Shown in pieces: positions 51,791 to 59,833 of a stretch of 59,833 bases of DNA (the stretch's first letter is position 1; the number at the start of each line of letters is the position of its first letter). The position numbers were made by a program, and so were the translations under genes. The notes beneath the pieces are model-generated. The model worked only from the letters and a program-made list of their open reading frames with translations. It made no database searches and was not told the DNA's origin. Source of the stretch: Catajapyx aquilonaris (Eukaryota); assembly GCA_000934665.2 (NCBI GenBank), contig KZ538131.1, forward strand, positions 62,001 to 121,833, in the 5' to 3' direction.

Positions 51791-52592
51791 AACATTTTCC
51801 CCACCGATGTATAAGCCCTTTTATCCCACCAGCATAGAATGAGAGTTCCCCCCTCCTCAGCCACGCCAGGACAGCTTCTTGCACTGTCTCATTCGTCTCG
51901 ATGACAAATGCTCTTTTAAAGGTCCAAAAAGGTGGAAATCGCTGGGGGCAAGGTCGGGGCTGTATGGCAGGTGAGGAATAGTGGTCCAACGGAGTGTGCG
52001 AATTTTGTCCATGGTAATATGGGCTGTGTGGGGGCGGGCATTGTCGTACAGTAGAAAAATGCCTTGCAGACACCTTGGAGACGTGAAGGTGTTCATGCAG
52101 AATAGTCTCAACACTGCCACAACTGATTCCTGTCATCTGCACAAGCCCACGAACAGTTAACGCGACGGTTACTGAGGACTAAACCCTCCACATGCTTGAT
52201 GTTCGCTGGTGTCACCACACTCGGCGCCGACCCACCATGTCCCGGATCATCGAGCACATTTTTGCGGCCACCTTTGTATCGTGCAGCCCACTCGTACACC
52301 ACCGATCTGCTCAGGGTATCCTCCCCATACTGTCTCCTTAGTCTGGTGACAATGTCCGATGTTTTGATGCCTTCCGCTACCAGAAACTTAATGATAACGC
52401 GCTGTCCCACTACTGCGCTGACACCATCCGACTCCATATTTTTTTTCTCTCTCACATGACGGTTTACGGAGACTGGCCCTTGACTGAACATACAAGACAG
52501 TTGAAGGAAGGTGTGGTATAAGTTTGACACCTGTGTCACTTGTGTACGATTTGTTAAAAAATAAAGTCCGGGAATGACTTGAACACCCCTCG
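51790..52592 (-). mobile_element. Internally deleted, frameshifted mariner transposon
   Basis: TA-CGAGGGGTGTTCAAG terminus at 52592; N-terminal HTH (QRVIIKFLVAEG..YGEDTLSRSVVYEW), then DNARPH, PYSPDLAPSDFHLFGPLK and RWGKC. Confidence 0.9.
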
Positions 52593-53143
52593 TATAAAAA
52601 ATATATATATATAGATTTTTAAAAATGTGGAACAACTACTAATTTTTTACGGTGTTGCAAACTTACTTGGCCAAGAGCAGGCTGTTGCATGGGACCGGAA
52701 ATAAATTAGGACCTGCTTGATTTTAGTGCCTATTTAAGAGCCAATTTTAACTGTTTTCAGGACCTAAATGCCTACCTATTTGAGGGTTTTTTAGAACCTA
52801 TAAATTCGTTTCATCATATTATTAAATGCAATGGTTTTAGGATGCAAAAATAAACCAAGTACAGTACATTTTCTCACTCCACATCACTGTCGTCATCAGT
52901 GGCGGAGCCAGCCTCAGATATCAAGGGGTGCGGATAAGGGGCTCGAACATTAGCAAGAGATGCTTCGATTTGGGGCGGGGAAAAGGCCCGCCGCGGGCGA
53001 AATTTTTTTGGAGTTCAAGGTCACACGAGTTTAGGTGAATATGGGAAATTTGAATAGGTGTGTATTTGATGAAATTGGTAGCACTTTTTCAAAAAAAAAA
53101 ATTAGGAATTAGTATTTTCTAATGCTATTTCAAACATTTTGGG

Positions 53144-53869
53144 GGGTCCACCAGATGCAACATCCCATGTGGAGAAACAGGCATCGGATTTATGAAGCTT
53201 GTTAGAACGATCTCGGCATATAAGTCCTGCTCAAAGGTATATAGGTCAGGATTTCTTCACTTCGTTCCTGTTCCTAATGGCGCACCTTTGTTGGAATAAT
53301 AATAATGGACACAATAATAAATAACAAAAAATTAAACAACCCCGGGTACTTTTATGGGCGTCTCTTTATTGCATTTCGGACAACAAATACGAATCTCCTG
53401 GTGTCGGAAACATTATTTTGCATACGTGATTCGTGCCAGATATGTCACAAATAGCGCCAGCATAATATTGCTTACACTGAAGACAAAAAAAAGTAACCCT
53501 ATCATGCTGGCGCTTGTCTTCAGCACGAATCACGTATGCAAATGTTTCCGACACCAGGAGATTCGTATTGTTGGCAGAAATGCAAAGAGACGCCCATAAA
53601 AGTACCCGGGGTTGTTGAATTTTTTGTTATTTATTATTGTGTCCATTATTATTATTATTCCAGCAAAGGTGCGCGTGCACCATTATAGGAACAGGAACGA
53701 AGTACCGTGATTTGTCAAGTGTCACTTCTCGGTGAAGAAATGCTGACCTATATACATTTGAGCAGGACTCTAGCCTACCCCGTGATCGTTCTAACAAGCT
53801 TCATAAATCGCAGATGCAACAACCCATCTCAGTTGTACACTGAGATGGGTTGTTGCATCTGGTGGACCC
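53144..53869. mobile_element. Long foldback element nested in the hAT element
   Basis: GGGTCCACCAGATGCAAC / GTTGCATCTGGTGGACCC ends with ~330-bp arms; internal mini-palindrome 53811-53861. Confidence 0.8.
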
Positions 53870-54084
53870 GTCCCAACCATCCCTGGAAGAGAGAGCGGTA
53901 CCGGAGCGGTGCCTGCAACTCAAAGCCAAAGTTTGCTTGAAACACGGCCTTTTCGAGTCCCTCCCCCCCTCCCCCGCGCTGCTTGGGTTCTGCAATTGAT
54001 GGATGGCAGTTTGCTAGCTGTTGAGTCAGATTCGCCCATGCCTGGTTAGTGGTTACCAGCTCACCATGTGATATGTTCCCTGTA

Positions 54085-54632
54085 TAGGGTGTAACAAGAC
54101 CCCATGCATAAATTTTAAAGGTGGGTAGGGGACCCCAAAACAAACATTTTTGACCAATGAACCCACCCTCTAAAAAAATCATGAAATTCACTTAAATCGA
54201 TAACTGGTTAGTGCCTGTAGTAACAGTTATGTGGTTGTTGCTACTCTACAGTAGCGTTGTCATGGTAGTGTTGACAATTAAGTACAGTACTGTAAAAGGT
54301 CGTCACCACCACAAATCAATGAACGCTGACATGAAACCCACCACCACCTTTATTGGACCTAACCTGCAATCAAAGAAGCTGCTCAAAGTGTCCTCCAGCC
54401 ACTTATACACACAGCCTACTACTAGTACTGTACTAAATTGTCAACACTACCATGACAACGCTCCTGTAGAGTAACAGCAACCACATAACTGTTACTAACA
54501 GACACTAACCGCAGTAATCGATTTAAGTGAATTTGTGATTTTTTTAGAGGGTGGGTTCATTGGTCAAAAATGTTTGTTTTGGGGTCCCCTACCCACCTTT
54601 AAAATTTATGCATGGGGTCTTGTTACACCCTG
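54085..54632. mobile_element. Tc1/mariner-type foldback MITE nested in the hAT element
   Basis: TA-(T/C)AGGGTGTAACAAGACCCCATGC ... GCATGGGGTCTTGTTACACCCTG-TA; ~200-bp arms. Confidence 0.85.
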
Positions 54633-54795
54633 TATACCCTGTAGTGTACTGTATATACATACTGCATTAAAGTGCCGGCCGGAAAATGCGTACTGAACAT
54701 TTTTGTTTTTTTAATGCTCTTTTATTTGACACGTTTTTAGGTGTGCGAAAGGGGGTGCGGAGGTTATTCAAAGCACCCTCCTGGCTCCGCCACTG

Positions 54796-54960
54796 GTCGT
54801 CATCAGAAACATGTTCCACTTCAACTTCTTTGAGCAGAGCCAGGACCTCCTTACTTAAAGCACCACCCTTTTTTGGTGAGAGTGGCCTCAATGAGGAAAT
54901 TACTGGATCCAAGGATGTAAGAAAAATATGCAACAAATCCTCTGGTAATTGCCTACTAAT
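54796..54960 (-). pseudogene. Transposase C-terminal fragment, Transib-like, split by the hAT insertion (continues at 52888-52874)
   Basis: ISRQLPEDLLHIFLTSLDPVISSLR..LSKEVLALL; removing the hAT and one TSD restores VSDDDSDVE*. Confidence 0.4.
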
Positions 54961-55666
54961 AAACTATTGGAATCTATTGGATAACGCATGGTCCAGCAGC
55001 TTTGCATTGCTCGGGTTTTATAATCATTCCCAACTAAAATGACACAAGTCACATGCAAAACAAACGGGCACCATCTATCATATTGGGTGTGGAATGGGTG
55101 ATCCAGAGTATCTAAACTCGGCCCGTCTTTACTATCACCTTCAACTTACCAATACAAAACTGTTCGTTATCTGCTTCGTTATCCTGATTACTTTGCATAT
55201 GATTATATTGGCAAAAATGTTGCTTCACTTTTCTACCAGGGCAGGGGTAAGCATTTGTCAATGGAACTCTTAGGGTGACATCGTCATTTATTGTGGCGTG
55301 GTACTCGATCATTTTTTGCTAAACTTATCTAGACCGTATCCCGCCGTTTCAATCCTGAAAACATCCGATTTGCTGCTACTTGCCAATATCTGAATTAAAT
55401 AATAGCCCCAACCATATATGCATGATAAGTAGCTAACATTTGACATACACATCATCCCTACAGTGCAATTACATGTTTTCCTATTTTCGTACCGCTTTCT
55501 GGTCTTTCGAAATTTTCCCAAAAATTGCCAAGCCGCATTACGCTATGTTTCATGTGAATAGGTTAAGTTGGCGAAATTAAGCCACTCACATCGTATTTCA
55601 TGCCTGATGTGGTAGTGCATTCTAGCGCCATGTGTTACCCATGTCACACAACAATATCCGTATGCT

Positions 55667-56032
55667 GGGGAGGTGTAGATGGCCAAGATGGTAACATCTT
55701 GGCTTGCTGAGTGAAAGGCCCCAGGTTCGATCCCCGCCTGGGGAGTTCCATTTCACCTGCATGAGGAGGGTCTCTGACCTGCACCTTGGAGGTGTCTGGC
55801 AACCTAACCTCCTGGGGAACAGCACATGACCCATTTACAGACCCTGCACTTGCACCCCATGTTCCCTCCTCAAAAATCCCTATCCTTACCCAGGTCCCTG
55901 TCTCATTGCACCGGTGAGCGAAGAAAAATAGTACACGGTTACTAGAAAACTGATGGTGGTGTGCCACCCTCCTAAAATGGCTCTGCCTTATCACAGGGTA
56001 ACTATAAAAAAACACACACACACACAAAAAAA
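55667..56032 (+). mobile_element. tRNA-derived SINE
   Basis: A-box-like TGGCCAAGATGG, B-box GGTTCGATCCC, A/CA-rich tail. Confidence 0.7.
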
Positions 56033-56115
56033 ATATGTATGCCAATGCAAATATTGCACTGGTCGTCGTGACGATCATAAAGGTATGTGACAACGATTGT
56101 GACGCCAGTGATCCT

Positions 56116-56290
56116 GGGCCCTTGCAGACAGGCCAAGCTTAGCCGCGGCTGGTCGAGGCCGCGACGGTTCACACCTGGCAAGCCACGGCCAGGCCACGGC
56201 TTACAAGGTTGGCCAAGTTGGCCAACTTCCTGGAAGTTGGCCAGGGCTGCGGCCAGCCGTGGCTAAGCTTGGCCCGTCTGGAAGGGCCCC
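56116..56290. mobile_element. GC-rich palindromic MITE (Harbinger-like termini)
   Basis: GGGCCCTTGCAGACAGGCCAAGCTTAGCC / GGCTAAGCTTGGCCCGTCTGGAAGGGCCC. Confidence 0.65.
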
Positions 56291-56586
56291 CTGCTGCATC
56301 AGTACTCTTGCTTACATGACATCTTTACAAGTGAGACATTTTCACCTCTCCGCTGTTTGACGTGCGATAATGTGTGGCATTAAGTGGCGGCTGACAAAAC
56401 CTGGTGTTACTTATTCTTCAATGAAATGTGACAGTGGAGCTGATACATGTTGGTTGCACAGTATCGGTCCCATTAATGCCAAATGATCAGCCTCTAGAGA
56501 TGGTGATGGTGTTGTGACACTTTCCTGCCACTTGGAATGAAGGCAGAGGTGTGATTTTGTGATGATCAATAATTATAAAGATTATG

Positions 56587-57629
56587 CAGGGTGTCCACAA
56601 TGAACCTCCCTAATTTCAAAGAGCGGTAAAAACTAGAAATCCAGGGGTATTTAAGGTTTTTGTTGTTTAAACAGTCTGGAATCTCAACAAGTTTCATTCT
56701 GAATTTTTGGAATGGTCTATGTCAGTGGTCCCCAACCCCCGGGCCGCGGACCGGTACCGGTCCGTTGATCAAATGGTACCGGGCCGCCCAATTATTTCCA
56801 TTTCATGATTTTCCGACATCCTATTTGTGTGAAGCGGGGTTTTCTGCAGTGACAGCAACCAAAACAAAACAACGGAATAAACTAGACATAAGCAACACAC
56901 TTCGGGTGTCATTGTCTCCTATTACCCCTAGACGGAACCGTCTCGTTGCAAAGAAACAAGCTCAGGGTTCTCATTGATTTTGCGTTCTAGTGAGGTGACA
57001 TGTTCAATGTCTTTATATTCATTTTTTGGTGTAACTGTATTTTATTTTGAAGCCATGTTTAAGTACAATAAAATGGAAATGATTAAATCTAAACAATCTA
57101 TAACCCCCCCCCCNCCCCCCCCCCCCCCCAACGGGCCGAGGTGAAATTATCGGACGTTGACCGGTCCGGGGCGATAAAAAGGTTGGGGACCACTGGTCTA
57201 TGTGATGCGGTGGTGCTCCTGTGGGGGATGCTGTTGGAAGATGCAAACATAGTATCTACAGAGGGAAAAACACAAGTTGTGTGGTCGTTAGCCGAGGGTA
57301 AGTCGATCACTGAAGTGCTGGACATGCTTCAAATTTTGACTTTCCACAACTCTAAGACAGAGAGTATGCAACTACAGTGGTCAGCCCGTAATAATGATGT
57401 GTCCTCCATTACCCTTGACATGACAGGGAGAACCTCGGAGGAGGGAGATTATTATTGGCTTAAAATAGTGATTGCTACTAAAGGAGCGCATGTGGAAGGC
57501 TACTGATATTTTTTTCTTACATGAACTTGATGAGTGTACCTTCGCATGTGTACAATTTCGACACCATCTTCCAGTAACTTGCGTAATGGTAGCAAGTTGA
57601 AACTAGGGAGGTTCATTGTGGACACCCTG
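56587..57629 (+). mobile_element. Non-autonomous Tc1/mariner-superfamily element containing a nested hAT
   Basis: TIRs CAGGGTGTCCACAATGAACCTCCCTA / TAGGGAGGTTCATTGTGGACACCCTG-TA; remnant IVIATKGAHVE resembles the transposase C-terminal GGHFE motif. Confidence 0.8.
56723..57195 (+). mobile_element. hAT-Charlie non-autonomous element (Charlie3/MER1-like)
   Basis: TIRs CAGTGGTCCCCAACC / GGTTGGGGACCACTG, perfect TSD GTCTATGT (56715-56722 and 57196-57203); retains the Charlie transposase C-terminus FPTSYLCEAGFS...LRVSLSPITPR...KQAQGSH*. Confidence 0.92.
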
Positions 57630-57864
57630 TATTTGTTCAGCACGGACATAACTGCAACGATCATTGAGCAATAATCTCGTCAATTCAAGGCTACATGCCC
57701 CGACCTCGCTTTCAGCTCTCAAGCGGGCATTAATCAGGTCTGGTCTTGAGGAGACGAGGGTTGTCCGCACCCACTAGACCACCCCCTGCGTGTGTTGGGG
57801 GAAGCCCTCGACAGTCAGGATGAAAATTTCCATGTAGAGTCGTACCATTCTTTATGAGCGGGAC

Positions 57865-58031
57865 TGTACCCTGCAGAGCCTCACATTTTTCCCAGCAATG
57901 CACGACCTGTCAGATGCCATCATGGTAGAAGTAGACACTTTGTGCTCTAAAAAAGTTTTCAACCTCTGTAATCACCTCCTCATCACTTCCGAAATGCCTT
58001 CCATACAGCAGCTGCTTCAAGTGGCGAAAGA

Positions 58032-58078
<47 letters not shown>

Positions 58079-59092
58079 CCGGGTAGTGCTAGACCTCAAT
58101 CGAGGTGTGGAGCACGGACCTTTATTATACTTGTAGTACAATCCAGGACAATGCTGGAACCTTGAACAAATTGCCCTGGTCCCAGGGCAGGATGACAGGA
58201 GGGGATGTGCAAGGTGCTGTGCAATGTCTTTGCTGTGGTCATTTTGTGAACTCCCCTGGGTGGTGTGTCTTAATGGAGATACCACCCGAAATGAAGCCAG
58301 AAATGGCCAAGAACTCTGCACGAGATGAAGGGGGAAACCCCAGGCTGGGATTGAACCCGGGACCTTAACATCCGGGTGCACATATGTTACCGCAGCGCCA
58401 CTCCGCCTCCCAAGTGGCGAAAGAGTAAAAAGTGGCTAGGGGAAAGCTCCGAGGAATGCGGCGAATGGGGCAGAAAATTGTACACAAGTTGGCCAGCAAG
58501 TACCACAATTTCATGGGCAGAATGAATGGGTGTGTTGTCATGCAGGAGGCGCATACCATGCATCACCATCCCTCCTCTCTTCCGCTTGATCTGGTCATGC
58601 ATCTTTCGCAGGAGGTCTTGCTAAAACTGCCTGGTGATAGTCTCACCTTTTCGTGCCTATTCAGTTATGATAACTCGGGAGGAATTGCAAAATACTGAGC
58701 ATAACCTTCCCAGGTGATGGCTGTGTCCAGGCCTTCTTCGACTGTGGGAAGTTCGAGTGTTTCCACTGCTTTCTTTGTGATTTAGTCTCTGGGTCATAGT
58801 GGTACATGTACACCCAACATTGGTCCATGGTGATGAGACAGTTGAAAAAATCGCTCTTGTTGGTGTGGCTGATCGCTAACATTTCCTTAATCGTACAGAG
58901 GTTGAAAACTTTTTTAGAGCACAAAGTGTCAACTTCTACAATGATGGTGTCCAACAGGTCGTGCATCGCTGGAAAAAATGTGTGGCTCTGCAGGGTTCAT
59001 ATGTAGAAAAGGACTAATACAAGAGTGCAATTTGAACTTTATCTCTCTATTCCTTCAACCCAAAGGTTACAAACTTATGAACGTCCCTTGTA
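57865..59092 (-). mobile_element. Rearranged mariner remnant interrupted by a SINE
   Basis: ITMDQCWVY..YDPETKSQ..WK, GKVML, LLHDNTPIH, HSPHSSELSPSHFLLF; the 3' segment appears in both orientations (57865-57970 and 58895-59000); mariner-like end AACTTATGAACGTCCCTTG-TA near 59090. Confidence 0.8.
58036..58410 (-). mobile_element. tRNA-derived SINE with (TTA)n tail
   Basis: Reverse copy of 59335-59729; 18-bp TSD CAAGTGGCGAAAGAGTAA (58018-58035 and 58411-58428). Confidence 0.9.
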
Positions 59093-59334
59093 TATTACCA
59101 TATTACCTCATGTAAAGCGGCATGCCGGTGTAGTCGAGGTCGACCAGTTTTTAGAAATTCACGATCTGGTGGCTATACTGGCATGCCGGTCTAAGCGAGG
59201 TATGCCAGTATAAGGCGAGGTTTTCTTAAGCGCAGAATTATCACGATCTCTGTGAACATTATTATTACTCAAATGAATGCATTACATGTTCTATGGTGCA
59301 GATACAGCCCAGGAGACTTCTATTTCGTGATTCA

Positions 59335-59659
59335 GGGGAGGCGGAGTGGTGCTACGGTAACGTATGCGCGCACGGATGTTAAAGTCCCGGGTTCGATCCC
59401 AACCCGAGGAAACCCCCTTCATCTCGTGCAGAGTTCAGGGTCACCTCTGGCTTCGTCTCGGGTGGTATTTCCAACAGACTAAACCACCCGGGGAGTTCAC
59501 TAAAAATGGCCACGTTAAGACATTGCACTGCACCTTGCACATCCCCTCCTGTCATCCTGCCCGTGGGCCCAGGCGCTACGTAAAAAGGCTCAAATGTACT
59601 TGATATAATAAATAAAGGTCCGTGCTGCATACCTCAGATGAAGTCAAGAACTACCCCGG

Positions 59660-59729
<70 letters not shown>
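59335..59729 (+). mobile_element. tRNA-derived SINE with (TTA)n tail
   Basis: A-box-like TGGTGCTACGG, B-box GGTTCGATCCC, long (TTA)n tail; related copies at 58036-58410 and 43776-43972. Confidence 0.88.
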
Positions 59730-59730
<1 letters not shown>

Positions 59731-59833
59731 ATTTTTTTTGGGGCCGAACGTTCGAACTGGAAGGACGCAAGTAGGGGTGCTCGCTGGCAAGATGCCAACC
59801 TGGTGCCAAATAACACCGTCGCTGAGGGGATGA

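Larger units (their letters stand above)
52897..54795. mobile_element. Non-autonomous hAT element carrying two nested foldback MITEs
   Basis: TIRs CAGTGGCGGAGCCAG / CTGGCTCCGCCACTG; perfect 8-bp TSD GTCGTCAT (52889-52896 and 54796-54803). Confidence 0.88.

Overview
Eukaryotic, most likely arthropod, genomic DNA with spliceosomal introns and many transposons; no prokaryotic features, rRNA or CRISPR seen. Bases 1-38 kb hold the 3' part of a + strand TSC22-domain / bunched-like gene. Two alternative coding first exons (ATG 16874-17097 and ATG 33665-33942) both end in phase 2 and splice to a shared 52-nt exon (35300-35351) and a terminal TSC-box/leucine-zipper exon (37044-37256), giving predicted 162-aa and 180-aa isoforms. 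Tail-to-tail with it on the - strand is a complete 7-exon COG3 gene (48098->38063, 834 aa by my splice reconstruction). A probable first exon of an unidentified + strand gene starts only 109 nt upstream of the COG3 ATG, head-to-head. The rest is intronic DNA and nested TEs (mariner, hAT, Harbinger-like and CAGGGTG-ended foldback MITEs, tRNA-derived SINEs, decayed transposase fragments). The most notable signals are regulatory layers on the TSC22 gene: candidate recursive splice sites (branch point + pyrimidine tract + AG|GTAAG) at 1548/1549 and 27443/27444, each with a downstream cryptic donor; a uORF-rich leader that includes a 25-aa, almost wholly hydrophobic candidate micropeptide (16556-16633); and at least seven perfect CRE palindromes between 16.3 and 33.4 kb. 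All calls were made by eye; no database searches were run.
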